From Verrucomicrobiota bacterium (GTDB taxonomy: Bacteria > Verrucomicrobiota > Verrucomicrobiia > Limisphaerales > JAEYXS01): DNA of 64,000 nucleotides. The notes under the pieces are model-generated. The model made no database searches. It was not told the origin of the DNA and saw only the letters and a program-made list of their open reading frames with translations. Below are positions 29,041-38,460 of this stretch, one piece after another. The stretch lies in assembly GCA_023431185.1 (NCBI GenBank), contig JAEYXS010000065.1, positions 77,386 through 141,385 of the forward strand, in the 5' to 3' direction. The position numbers were made by a program, and so were the translations under genes. The stretch's first letter is position 1, and every line of letters begins with the position of its first letter.

Positions 29041-29978
29041 TTGAAATTATCCTGTGCGCGCTCCATCAGGCTGATGAAGACATGTTCCAGGCTGGACTCG
29101 ACCTGATGCCAGCGGTAAGGCGGTTTCATCCAAGGCTGGATGGCCGCCCGCAGGGCCTCACCCTGATGGCTGCTGACATGCAGCGTATTCCCGAAAGCGA
29201 CGACTTGCTCGATGCCGGGCAGCTTGCGCAATTCATTCGCGAGCTTGGCGAGATCGGGCCCGGCGACTTCCCAAGTGGTGAGCTTCGCGCCGGAGACAAC
29301 GTCATCGACTGTGCCGCTCGTCAGCAGGTTTCCATAAGCAATGTAGGCGAGGCGATGGCAGCGCTCGGCTTCATCCATATAATGCGTGGTGATTAGCACC
29401 GTGAGCCCCTCGGCGGCGAGTTGGTGGATCTCTTCCCAGAAATCACGGCGAGCCTTCGGGTCCACACCTGCTGTGGGTTCGTCCAGCAGGAGCAGTTGCG
29501 GGGTATGAATCAGCGATGCGGCGAGGGCAAGCCGTTGCTTCCAGCCGCCCGAGAGTTGTCCGGCCAATTGCTTGCGGCGCGCATGAAGACCGAGTTTGTG
29601 CAAGCTGTCGCTAACGGCTTGTTGACGATTCGGCACTTGATAAATGCGAGCGATGAAATCGAGATTCTCTTCCAGATTCAGATCCTCATAGTAACTGAAC
29701 TTCTGCGTCATGTAGCCGACGTGTTTCTTGATTTCATCGGATTGCTGGAGGATGTCATAGCCTAGGCAAGTGCCTTGACCCGCATCAGGTTTGAGCAAAC
29801 CACAGAGCATGCGGAGGAAGGTAGTTTTGCCGCTGCCGTTGGGCCCGAGGAAGCCGTAGATCTCACCGCGCCGCACCTGCATGGCGATACTGTTCACCAC
29901 CGTCTGCGCACCAAACCGCTTCGTGATGCCCGAGACATCGATCACGAGTTCAGTGTTGCTCTGTACGGTTTCCGTCAT
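29037..29978 (-). CDS. ABC transporter ATP-binding protein
   Basis: Walker A GPNGSGKTT, signature LSGGWKQR, Walker B LLLLDEP, H-loop TTHYMDE. Confidence 0.9.
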   Translation of the reverse strand: MTETVQSNTELVIDVSGITKRFGAQTVVNSIAMQVRRGEIYGFLGPNGSGKTTFLRMLCGLLKPDAGQGTCLGYDILQQSDEIKKHVGYMTQKFSYYEDLNLEENLDFIARIYQVPNRQQAVSDSLHKLGLHARRKQLAGQLSGGWKQRLALAASLIHTPQLLLLDEPTAGVDPKARRDFWEEIHQLAAEGLTVLITTHYMDEAERCHRLAYIAYGNLLTSGTVDDVVSGAKLTTWEVAGPDLAKLANELRKLPGIEQVVAFGNTLHVSSHQGEALRAAIQPWMKPPYRWHQVESSLEHVFISLMERAQDNFK

Positions 29979-29996
29979 GGCGCGATGCGTGTGATT

Positions 29997-30995
29997 CTAG
30001 GAACCAGGACGGACATCCACGGGCTGGCCGGGATGCAGGGTGGTGCTGTCAGCCGGGTTGAATTGCGCCTCGATCATGAAGACCAGCTTGGAGCGCGTCT
30101 GCTGGCTGTAGATGACTGGGGGAGTGAACTCCGCTTGGGTGGCGATGTAACTCACGGTAGCCGCATAGACTATATCGGTTCCATCCAAGGTGACTTGGAC
30201 GGGAGTGCCGGTCTTGAGCGAGGGCAGCTTGTCCTGCGGCACAAAGAAACGGACCTTGATGTTCTGCGGCGGGAGCAGGGATACGATGGGGTTCCCGGCG
30301 CTGACGAATTCTCCGGGACGATAGAGTGTGTCATTCACGGCGCCTTCGACCGGCGAAACTTGCTGTTTCTGATCTACGGACCATCGGACTTTTGCCAGCG
30401 TCGCTTGCAGCATGGTGATCTCCAGCTCAGCCGCTTTGATCTCATCCTCACGGGCGCCGAGCTTGGCGGTGGCGATGTCCGCTTGGATGAGCCTGGCTTC
30501 GGCCTGATAGTTCTCGAATTTCGAACGGGCCTGATCTAGCTGCTCTTGGGAGATGGCGCCGCTGTTGCTCTTCTGCAGTGTGGTCAGGCGTCCCAACTCG
30601 CGTTCGGCGAGAGCGGAGGAGACTTTGTTCTGCGCCAGCCGGGCTTCGAGGGCGGCGATTTCGGTAGGGCGACGGCCTTTGAGCAAGTTGTCACGTTTGG
30701 CCTTCGCTTGCGCTAGCTTGTGTTCGGCTTCCTGCAGGGCTGCCGTTTCTGCGGCGCTCTCCAGGGTGAACAACGGTTGATTGCTCTTCACTGTGTCCCC
30801 GCGTTTCACATTCAGTGTCGTGAGCGTGCCGCCAAGCGGAGCGGAGATGTAAACGTATTCGCCCTCGATGTAGCCTTGCCACGAACCGTTGGGCTTTGGC
30901 TTGCAGCCGGCCAAAAGCAGGACGGCAAGGCAACTCAAGGCGAGGGTAGAGAGGTGGTTAAATCGTTTCATGGCAGCCTCAATCCTTTTGTTCAC
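29997..30995 (-). CDS. HlyD-family membrane fusion (periplasmic adaptor) lipoprotein
   Basis: Lipobox LLLAGC, barrel-sandwich and coiled-coil hairpin pattern, C-terminal beta-domain. First transporter gene of the MarR-led operon. Confidence 0.8.
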   Translation of the reverse strand: MNKRIEAAMKRFNHLSTLALSCLAVLLLAGCKPKPNGSWQGYIEGEYVYISAPLGGTLTTLNVKRGDTVKSNQPLFTLESAAETAALQEAEHKLAQAKAKRDNLLKGRRPTEIAALEARLAQNKVSSALAERELGRLTTLQKSNSGAISQEQLDQARSKFENYQAEARLIQADIATAKLGAREDEIKAAELEITMLQATLAKVRWSVDQKQQVSPVEGAVNDTLYRPGEFVSAGNPIVSLLPPQNIKVRFFVPQDKLPSLKTGTPVQVTLDGTDIVYAATVSYIATQAEFTPPVIYSQQTRSKLVFMIEAQFNPADSTTLHPGQPVDVRPGS

Positions 30996-31497
30996 CGAGG
31001 TTCAGGTTCAGCAAATTGGTCTGGATATGCGTCAGCGTCCGCATGGTGGTTTCGACATCCTTGGGGGACAGGCCATCGGTGGCGTGCTTGGCCATCTGCA
31101 TGGCTATGGGCAACAGGCGGTCGCGCAGTTGCAGACCTTTCTTGGTGAGCCAGGTGCAGACCTTGCGCCGGTCATCAGGATGCCCACGCCGCTCCACAAA
31201 GCCCTTGCGCACGAGCCCGTCCAGCAGACGGGTGGTGGTGGTGCGCTCGCGGATAGCGGCGCTGGCGAGCTGGCTCTGCGTCTGGCCGTCCTGCTGCCAG
31301 AGATGGTGAATGATGGCCATTTCCTCCGGCGTGAGTGAATGGCCCTCAAGCTTAAGCCTCTCGCGCATGCGCACGCGGATCAGATAGGCCGTCCGGTTGA
31401 CGATGAAGCCCAGCGGATGATTCAGGTTGTTGATGGCGATAGCCTCAGCCGTTCTTTGCACAATACAATATGTGTAATATGCACATAATTTTGTCAA
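30979..31497 (-). CDS. MarR-family transcriptional regulator (start probably downstream of the TTG at 31497)
   Basis: Winged-helix region SQLASAAIRERTTTTRLLDGLVRKGFVERRGHPDDRR. The TTG at 31497 is part of a TTGACA hexamer. An in-frame GTG at 31461 is an alternative start. Confidence 0.8.
   Translation of the reverse strand: MTKLCAYYTYCIVQRTAEAIAINNLNHPLGFIVNRTAYLIRVRMRERLKLEGHSLTPEEMAIIHHLWQQDGQTQSQLASAAIRERTTTTRLLDGLVRKGFVERRGHPDDRRKVCTWLTKKGLQLRDRLLPIAMQMAKHATDGLSPKDVETTMRTLTHIQTNLLNLNLGEQKD
31469..31487. promoter_or_regulatory. candidate MarR operator palindrome within a putative promoter
   Basis: TATGTG-N7-CACATA inverted repeat, immediately downstream (on the minus strand) of TTGACA at 31492-31497. 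Confidence 0.35.
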
Positions 31498-31815
31498 GAC
31501 CTAGTGATGTGGTCGTTTTTCACCTTCTTGCTAAGCAGAGGTTGAAGGGGTAAGAAGTGAACAGTGCGCGATGCCAGTTGGGTGAAATCACGGATTGCCG
31601 CCCGTATCTTATTGCGAGGTGAGCGTGGAACTATCTCTGCCCGTGATCGGCGCTTTGCTCGTATTTTGGCCAACGATGCAGCCGTTACGGACCGATTATT
31701 GGGGCAAGCTTTATCCTGCATTTTCGCCGAAAAGAAGATAGGACTCAAAGAACAAGACGACATACGCAAGCGTATCCTTGCTCCACCTCCTGATAAGATT
31801 AAATTTTTAAAAACT

Positions 31816-32241
31816 ATGAGCGACATCATTTATCCTCGCAGTCCGCGGGAAACCATGAGCGGCTGGATGCATCTGCCGCGTTATATCGACAAGGTGCGCC
31901 TGCATCTTGCGGGCAAACTTCATGCTGATTATCAGCCGAACTTCGGCAAAGGCTTCGACGGCACGTGGCTGAAGGCCGCTGGTCTTGTTCACGAGCAATT
32001 CATCGAAGTGGTGAAAGGGACGATCACAGACGGGGAGGTGGCTGATTGGGTGGCCAAGAACGTGAAGAAAACGGATGCGGAAAAGAAAGTTCACGCCGAT
32101 GGCATGATGAACTATCCCAAAGCCGATGATGCCGCGATGCAAGACCGTCTGAAGCAGCGTAAGGAAGCCGCTGGCCTAGCTCATCGCGATGATATCAAGA
32201 CGTTCGTTGATTTCATCGATGCGGATGAGAAGCGGAAGTGA
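31816..32241 (+). CDS. DUF5069-like protein
   Basis: Internal ATG of ORF 31564..32241 gives MSDIIYPRSPRETMSGWMHLPRYIDKVRLHLAGKL...YQPNFGKGFDG, the pattern I associate with DUF5069. The upstream part of the ORF looks non-coding. Confidence 0.5.
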   Translation: MSDIIYPRSPRETMSGWMHLPRYIDKVRLHLAGKLHADYQPNFGKGFDGTWLKAAGLVHEQFIEVVKGTITDGEVADWVAKNVKKTDAEKKVHADGMMNYPKADDAAMQDRLKQRKEAAGLAHRDDIKTFVDFIDADEKRK

Positions 32242-32250
32242 TTGGTTTCC

Positions 32251-32362
32251 CGCTAAACACGCGAAAAGGCGCTAAAATTTAAGACAAGAAAAAACCGGCT
32301 GGTGATGAACCTGCCGGGTCTTTATTTTCCCAAATATTTGGCGTCTTTTCGCGTGTTTAGCG
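32251..32362. repeat. nested inverted repeat with bidirectional terminator between convergent genes
   Basis: 22-nt arms CGCTAAACACGCGAAAAGGCGC (32251-32272) and GCGTCTTTTCGCGTGTTTAGCG (32341-32362) differ by 1 mismatch. They enclose an inner hairpin CCGGC...GCCGG flanked by an A-run and a T-run. Confidence 0.65.
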
Positions 32363-32371
32363 CGAAAAGAC

Positions 32372-33844
32372 CTACTGCTTCGGTTTCAACTGCGGGAACA
32401 GGATCACGTCGCGGATGCTTTCCTGGCCGAGCAGCATCATGCACAAGCGGTCGATGCCGATGCCGATACCGCCAGCGGGCGGCATGCCGTGTTCCAGCGC
32501 CACGAGGAAGTCCTCGTCCAGCTTCTGCTGTTCGCCACCGGCCTGATGCTCCAGCGTCTCGCGTTGCTGGATCGGGTCATTCTGCTCGGTATAGCCGGGC
32601 GAAATCTCCTGACCGTTGATGCAGCACTCGAAGACTTCAACCGTGGTCGGATCGTCCGGCGTCCGCTTGGCGAGGGGAACGAGTTCCTTCGGCAAGTGAG
32701 TTACGAAGGTCGGGTTGATGAGCTTTGGCTCGATCAATTTCTCGAACACAGCGCCTGTCACTTCGAAATCCTCGTAACCAGCGGCGATATCACCCGCCAG
32801 CTTCAAGTCTTCAATCGCTCGACGACGGCGCTCTGCCGGTGTTACGTCGAACCAATCGTTACCAGCGACTTCGCGCACGAGGTCCTTGTACTTGGCCCGG
32901 CGCCAGTTGGTCAGGTCGATGGTCTTGGTGACTTTGCCTTCGGCGTCCTTGTGTTCGATCACCAGTGTGCCCAAGACTTTCTCAGCGATACCCTTAATAA
33001 GGGATTCCACCGTTTCCATCATCGTCTCGTAATCACCGAAGGCGCAGTAGGCCTCCAGCATCGTGAACTCGGGATTGTGACGGCGGGAGAGACCTTCATT
33101 GCGGAAGTTCTTGCCGATCTCGAACAGACGGTCGATGCCGCCGACGAGCAGGCGCTTGTGATACAGCTCCAAGGCGATGCGCAGGTAGAACTCGCAGCCC
33201 AACGCATTGTGGAAGGTCTTGAACGGTTGTGCGGCGGCACCGCCGGGGATCGGCTGCATCGCGGGCGTTTCCACTTCCACATAACCACGGGAGTGGAAGA
33301 AATTTCGGATCTCATGGACGATGGCGCTGCGTTGCAGGAAGACCTTCTTCACATCGTCATTGGCGATGAGGTCGAGGTAGCGCTGGCGGTAGCGCACTTC
33401 CATGTCTTCCAGGCCGTGCCACTTGGCCGGAGGAGGGCGGAGTGACTTGGCGAGGATGGTGAAGGCCTCGAGCTTCACGGAAATCTCACCGGTCTTGGTG
33501 GTGAAGAGGGTGCCCTTCACGCCGATGAAGTCGGCGAGATCGAGATGGCGGAAGATGTCGAACTGTTCTTCGCCGATGACGTTCTTCTGGGCGTAAACCT
33601 GGATGCGACCGCTTTGGTCTTTGATGTCGATGAACATGGACTTGCCCATGTCGCGATGCGCGGTGATGCGGCCGGCGAGTTCCACCGGGCGGCCTTCCGT
33701 GTAGTTCGCGCGGGCTACAGCGCATTTCTCCGTCGGCGTAAACTTGTTACGGAACGGGTCGATGTTCTTGCTGCGGAGCGAGGCCAGCTTGGCCTTGCGC
33801 TGTTCAATCAACGAATTTGTCTCGTCCATACTCAATCCAGTCAA
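32372..33844 (-). CDS. lysS: lysine--tRNA ligase (class II)
   Basis: 490 aa. OB-fold N-domain, class II motifs (FRNEG, GGIGIGIDRL) and a QRYLDLI signature. An ATG at 33829 is an alternative to the TTG at 33844. Confidence 0.92.
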   Translation of the reverse strand: MTGLSMDETNSLIEQRKAKLASLRSKNIDPFRNKFTPTEKCAVARANYTEGRPVELAGRITAHRDMGKSMFIDIKDQSGRIQVYAQKNVIGEEQFDIFRHLDLADFIGVKGTLFTTKTGEISVKLEAFTILAKSLRPPPAKWHGLEDMEVRYRQRYLDLIANDDVKKVFLQRSAIVHEIRNFFHSRGYVEVETPAMQPIPGGAAAQPFKTFHNALGCEFYLRIALELYHKRLLVGGIDRLFEIGKNFRNEGLSRRHNPEFTMLEAYCAFGDYETMMETVESLIKGIAEKVLGTLVIEHKDAEGKVTKTIDLTNWRRAKYKDLVREVAGNDWFDVTPAERRRRAIEDLKLAGDIAAGYEDFEVTGAVFEKLIEPKLINPTFVTHLPKELVPLAKRTPDDPTTVEVFECCINGQEISPGYTEQNDPIQQRETLEHQAGGEQQKLDEDFLVALEHGMPPAGGIGIGIDRLCMMLLGQESIRDVILFPQLKPKQ

Positions 33845-33884
33845 TCAATAGAGCCTCGTATAGAACACGGAAGCGCCGGGGATG

Positions 33885-33917
33885 TCCAAGGTTTTTGGCA
33901 GGACCAAAAACCTTGGA
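33885..33917. other. perfect 14-bp-stem hairpin upstream of lysS
   Basis: TCCAAGGTTTTTGG-CAGGA-CCAAAAACCTTGGA. No flanking U-run on either strand. Confidence 0.6.
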
Positions 33918-34114
33918 AATGACGAATGACCACGCCCGGATGACGATGAATGCCTAAATGATGCGAAGCTATGCTCCATTGCTCATTTCCGCTCCGTACA
34001 CTTCCTGATTTCCCGTTCTATTGAACAAAATGGGGCCTTATCCTGTCCATTGATACAGAGCAAAAAGGCTGTCAGGATGGTCCGACAGCCAGAAATCCGG
34101 GAACTAGCCGGACC

Positions 34115-35650
34115 ATGAATAGAGATCAATTTATGAAATACTTGCGCATGTCGTTGGCGGGCCTGACGGGAGCCATAGTCGGGGGGATTTTGGTGTTTTC
34201 TGCCTATGAAGGGGTCACCCAGGAAAAGGCCGTCGCCAAGAAGAATGAGGCCCCCAAGTTCAATATTCAAGAGAAGGCCGTTCAACGGACTGGCCCGAAT
34301 GCCCTGACCTTCGCCCCGGTGGTCAAGAAAGTGGCCCCCAGCGTGGTCAGCATTTATTCCACCAAGACCGTAAAAGTGAATGCCCGGCGTAATCCGCTGT
34401 TCGATCACCCCATGTTTCGTGATTTCTTTGGCGAAGATGGCGAGCCTCAGCAGCCCAATAGCCGCCCCCGCAAATTTGAAGAGACCGGCTTGGGCTCAGG
34501 CGTGATCGTCTCGGAGAACGGTTACATCCTTACCAATAATCACGTGGTGGATGGCGCGGATGAGATCAAAGTCAGCCTGGCCGGGCGCAAGGAAGAATAC
34601 GTCGCCCAAGTCATCGGCAAGGATGAGAAGACGGACATCGCCATCTTGAAGATTGAAGCCAAAGGTCTGCCGGCCATCACGATGACCAGCAGCGACAATC
34701 TCGAAGTGGGTGATGTGGTGCTTGCCGTGGGCAATCCGTTCGGCGTCGGCCAAACGGTGACCATGGGTATTGTCAGCGCGACGCAGCGCCGCGGCTTGGG
34801 CATCGTCGGCTATGAAGATTTCATCCAGACGGATGCTTCCATCAATCCGGGCAATTCTGGTGGCGCACTTGTGGATGCCGAAGGTCGCCTGGTGGGTGTT
34901 CCCACCGCGATTTTTAGCCGCAGCGGTGGCAATCAAGGCATCGGTTTCGCCGTGCCGGTGAACATGGCCCGTTTCGTGATGGAGCGGCTGATCGATGGTG
35001 GCAAAGTGGTGCGCGGCTATATGGGCTTGTTGCCGCAGCCGATCACGCCGGAGCTGGCCAAGCTTTTCAAGCTCAAGTCGCAGAACGGCGCCTTGGTCGG
35101 TGAAGTGGTGCCTAACAGTCCGGCGGCAAAGGCCGGTCTGAAAGACGGCGATGTGATCATCGAGTTCAACAACCGTAAGGTGGGTGATGATAACGAACTC
35201 CGGTTGATGTCTTCGCAGACAGCTCCTGGCACCAAGGTGCCGGTGAAATTGATCCGCGATGAAAAAGAGAAAACCATTGATGTGGTTCTGGCCGAATTGC
35301 CGACCAATACCCGGGCGTCCATTTTGCCGAATGGCAAGGAGGCTCCGGCGCCGCGTGAAGACGCACTGGAAGGTGTGGAAGTCAGTGACTTGGACGCGGC
35401 CGCCCGCCGTCAGTATGGCATCCCGAACAGTGTCCAGGGTGCCTTGGTCACGAATGTGGATCCGGATTCTCCGGCGTTCCGCGATGGCCTCCGGGCTGGT
35501 GCCGTCATCCTCAGCATCGACCGCAAGCCGGTGAAGAATGCGGACGATGCAGTGAAATTGAGCGAGGGAATCTCCTCCAAGCTGGTCCTGCTGCAGGTCT
35601 GGTTCAACGGCGGCAGCCGGTTCATCACGGTGGATGAAAGCAAGAAGTGA
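34115..35650 (+). CDS. HtrA/DegP-family periplasmic serine protease with two PDZ domains
   Basis: Catalytic His/Asp/Ser context (TNNHVV, DIAILK, GNSGGALVD). Two PDZ-like segments. N-terminal TM anchor. Confidence 0.88.
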   Translation: MNRDQFMKYLRMSLAGLTGAIVGGILVFSAYEGVTQEKAVAKKNEAPKFNIQEKAVQRTGPNALTFAPVVKKVAPSVVSIYSTKTVKVNARRNPLFDHPMFRDFFGEDGEPQQPNSRPRKFEETGLGSGVIVSENGYILTNNHVVDGADEIKVSLAGRKEEYVAQVIGKDEKTDIAILKIEAKGLPAITMTSSDNLEVGDVVLAVGNPFGVGQTVTMGIVSATQRRGLGIVGYEDFIQTDASINPGNSGGALVDAEGRLVGVPTAIFSRSGGNQGIGFAVPVNMARFVMERLIDGGKVVRGYMGLLPQPITPELAKLFKLKSQNGALVGEVVPNSPAAKAGLKDGDVIIEFNNRKVGDDNELRLMSSQTAPGTKVPVKLIRDEKEKTIDVVLAELPTNTRASILPNGKEAPAPREDALEGVEVSDLDAAARRQYGIPNSVQGALVTNVDPDSPAFRDGLRAGAVILSIDRKPVKNADDAVKLSEGISSKLVLLQVWFNGGSRFITVDESKK

Positions 35651-35675
35651 TAGTGTGCATGGTTGGTTGTGAGTG

Positions 35676-35714
35676 CGGCGGTGCTGTCGGAGGATGGCAC
35701 CGCCGTTTTCTTTT
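35676..35714 (+). terminator. rho-independent terminator after the htrA-like gene
   Basis: CGGCGGTGC-N12-GCACCGCCG followed by TTTTCTTTT. Confidence 0.7.
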
Positions 35715-35830
35715 GATTCATTTGCGGCAAGATTGGAGTAGTGATAATTGTGGAGACAGCGTAGGAATAGTCATGGATTGGAGACGGCAACACGTCGATC
35801 CATGACGGGGAAATTTGGGAAATAGCAGCT

Positions 35831-36889
35831 ATGTCAGTGCAGTATAAGGACTATTATCAAGTGCTGGGGGTGGCGCGCACGGCGTCAGAGGACGATATTC
35901 GCAAGGCGTTCCGCAAGCTCGCCCGCGAGTATCATCCGGATGTGGCCAAGGATAAAAAATCGGCCGAGGACAAGTTCAAGGAGATCAACGAGGCCTACGA
36001 GGTTTTAAGCGACCCGGAGAAGCGCAAGAAGTACGACGAACTGGGTGCCGACTGGAAGCAGGGGGCGGAGTTCCGTCCGCCGCCTGGCTGGGGCGGGCAA
36101 GGCCAGCGCCGCCGTCGTCGCGGCAATGGCGGCGGTGGGACCAGCGCGCAGGATTTTGAAACACATTTCGGAGGCACCGGCTTCAGTGATTTTTTCGAGC
36201 AGTTTTTCAGTTCCGGCGGGCAGGGACGCAGTTACGGATTCCGCAATGCGGAGGATTTTGTTGATGAGCAGACCTCCCAGCGTGGCAATGATCTCGAAGC
36301 TGATATCATGGTCACCCTGGAAGAGGCGGTGCGCGGTTCCGTGCGGACAGTGAATTTACGGCGCAACGTGCCGTGCGGCCAGTGCCAAGGCACCGGCGTG
36401 CTGAATGAGTATGCCTGTCCGCAATGCCGGGGTGAAGGCTATGTCACCAAGCTGGACAATTATCAGGTGAAGGTGCCAGCCGGTGTGCGTGCGGGCCAGA
36501 AACTGCGTTTGGCCGGCAAGGGTGAGGTAGGACATGGACGCGGCCAGGCTGGCGATCTGTATCTGAATGTGCGTTTTGCCCGGCACCCGGACTTCACGGT
36601 GGACGGTTCCGATCTGACCTATGATGTGGATTTGGCTCCGTGGGAAGCAGTCCTGGGTACGAATGTGGATGTCCCGACCTTGCATGGGAAGGTCGCCATC
36701 AAGATTCCCGCTGGGACGAATAACGGCCAGAAACTGCGTGTCCGCGGCAAAGGTCTGCCAGTGAAGGATGGCGGCCATGGTGACCTCTACGTGGTGGTGC
36801 AGATCAAGATCCCGGCCAAGGTGACTGAGGTAGAGAAGGAATTGTGGGAGAAACTGGCGAAGGCGTCCGACTTTAAGCCGCGCGAGTGA
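35831..36889 (+). CDS. J-domain co-chaperone (DnaJ/CbpA family) with a reduced zinc-finger
   Basis: J-domain with HPD (YHPDV) and a G/F-rich linker. Only two CxxCxG motifs (CGQCQGTG, CPQCRGEG). DnaJ C-terminal domains present. Confidence 0.85.
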   Translation: MSVQYKDYYQVLGVARTASEDDIRKAFRKLAREYHPDVAKDKKSAEDKFKEINEAYEVLSDPEKRKKYDELGADWKQGAEFRPPPGWGGQGQRRRRRGNGGGGTSAQDFETHFGGTGFSDFFEQFFSSGGQGRSYGFRNAEDFVDEQTSQRGNDLEADIMVTLEEAVRGSVRTVNLRRNVPCGQCQGTGVLNEYACPQCRGEGYVTKLDNYQVKVPAGVRAGQKLRLAGKGEVGHGRGQAGDLYLNVRFARHPDFTVDGSDLTYDVDLAPWEAVLGTNVDVPTLHGKVAIKIPAGTNNGQKLRVRGKGLPVKDGGHGDLYVVVQIKIPAKVTEVEKELWEKLAKASDFKPRE

Positions 36890-36913
36890 ACTGATTTCGG
36901 CATAAGGTTCTGC

Positions 36914-37735
36914 TCATAACAGAACTTTGATTGCGTCTCCACATTGCAGCTTCAACTGCTTTGCTGCTGAGCCGCCATTCACCGCGATTTCCAGAAAACC
37001 CGCTGAACTCAGGATAGCCAGCAGTTTGCCTGGTTTCGTCGCTGCATAGCTACTGTTGGGCGCGCCCAGTTCACGACTTTTGACCACGACGATTGCTTTG
37101 CTCCATTCGTCTTCACGCAACAGGTCATGCGCCAGATTGGTGATGGCATTGCCGAACCGGTCGATATGGATGATTTCGCCCGTCAGACTTTTTCCTGAGT
37201 GCTGAGGATTGGGCCAGGGCAGTTTTACCCAGCTGTTTATCTTCGGACCAACTTGGCTGAACTTCTTCCCGGCGCTCAGGTGAGCAGCCGAGGGGGTAAA
37301 GATATCGCGGCCATGGAACGTACGGCTTACTGGACGTTGGAAGAACTTCTCATTCGTGATCTGCCGCACCTCCAGGATGCTTTCTTTGCGCAGAGCCCAA
37401 GTGAGAACGCCGTTATCAGGTCCGATGAATATCGCGCGCTTGGTTTGCACGGCAATGGCCTTTCGCTCGCTGCCGACACCGGGATCGACTACGGCGACAT
37501 GGATGGTGCCTTTTGGAAAATAGGGAGCTGCTGCCATCAGGGCAAAGGCACCCGCGCGGATATCTCCGGGGGCGATCTCATGAGTGATATCGACTGGCTT
37601 TGCCTTTGGCTGGATGCCGAGGATGACACCTTTCATGGTGCCGACAAACCAGTCTTGCGTGCCGAAATCTGTGGTCAGGGTGATCACGCTCACGGAATGG
37701 ATTCTATTTGCGGAAAGCGAAATTGAAACGAACAT
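36914..37735 (-). CDS. SAM hydrolase / SAM-dependent halogenase family protein (DUF62)
   Basis: ITLTTDFGTQDWFVGTMKGV N-terminal signature and VVDPGVGS. The true start may be a GTG at about 37693 or 37687, giving the usual short N-terminus. Confidence 0.7.
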   Translation of the reverse strand: MFVSISLSANRIHSVSVITLTTDFGTQDWFVGTMKGVILGIQPKAKPVDITHEIAPGDIRAGAFALMAAAPYFPKGTIHVAVVDPGVGSERKAIAVQTKRAIFIGPDNGVLTWALRKESILEVRQITNEKFFQRPVSRTFHGRDIFTPSAAHLSAGKKFSQVGPKINSWVKLPWPNPQHSGKSLTGEIIHIDRFGNAITNLAHDLLREDEWSKAIVVVKSRELGAPNSSYAATKPGKLLAILSSAGFLEIAVNGGSAAKQLKLQCGDAIKVLL

Positions 37736-37747
37736 TATCGCTCAAGT

Positions 37748-38452
37748 ATGGCTAAAGCTGAACGCAAGGTAGTGGTGATCACGGGCGCAACGCGCGGGCT
37801 GGGGCGCGCGATGGTGGATGAGTTCATCTGGCAGGGGCATACAGTAATGGGCTGCGGCCGGTCAGTCGAACAGGTAGAGGCGCTGACCAATGCTTACGGC
37901 CCGCCGCATCTATTTGACGTGGTGGATGTCACGGATGACTTGGCCGTGAAGCGTTGGGTGGCCCGTTGTGTGGATCATGCCGGTGCGCCGGATCTGCTGT
38001 TGAATAATGCGGCGGTCATCAATCGTTCCGCTCCGCTCTGGGGTGTCACTGCGGCAGAATTCTCCGAGGTCATCGACATCAACATCAAGGGCGTCACGAA
38101 TGTCATCCGTCATTTCGTGCCGGACATGATGGAGCGGGGGCGGGGGGTGATCGTGAACTGGAGTTCGGGCTGGGGACGATCCACTTCGCCGGAGGTCGCA
38201 CCGTATTGCGCCACTAAATGGGCCATTGAGGGACTGACCCAGGCGCTCGCACAAGAGCTGCCGGAAGGATTGACGGCCGTGGCTCTGAATCCGGGCATCA
38301 TCAATACCGAGATGCTGCGCAGTTGCTTGGGCGGTTCGGCGGCATCCTATCCCTCCCCTGATGAATGGGCGAAGCAGGCGGTGCCTTATCTGCTTTCGAT
38401 CGGCTCACGGCACAGCGGCCAGCAGTTGACGGTGCCGGGGACGCACACCTGA
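37748..38452 (+). CDS. short-chain dehydrogenase/reductase
   Basis: ITGATRGLGRA, NNAA and YCATKWA (YxxxK). Confidence 0.85.
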   Translation: MAKAERKVVVITGATRGLGRAMVDEFIWQGHTVMGCGRSVEQVEALTNAYGPPHLFDVVDVTDDLAVKRWVARCVDHAGAPDLLLNNAAVINRSAPLWGVTAAEFSEVIDINIKGVTNVIRHFVPDMMERGRGVIVNWSSGWGRSTSPEVAPYCATKWAIEGLTQALAQELPEGLTAVALNPGIINTEMLRSCLGGSAASYPSPDEWAKQAVPYLLSIGSRHSGQQLTVPGTHT

Positions 38453-38460
38453 TTCACTCG

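Noticed and set aside
31564-31815. Upstream 84 codons of ORF 31564..32241.
   Set aside because: The composition (MRDASWVKSRIAARILLRGERG...) is not coding-like. The recognisable DUF5069-like sequence begins at the internal ATG at 31816, which is preceded by an AT-rich stretch.
35770-35806. 9-bp inverted repeat GTCATGGAT-N19-ATCCATGAC upstream of the dnaJ-like gene, considered as a heat-shock operator (CIRCE/HAIR-like).
   Set aside because: The sequence does not match the CIRCE consensus (TTAGCACTC-N9-GAGTGCTAA) or any other heat-shock element I know. A short stem with a long loop could occur by chance.
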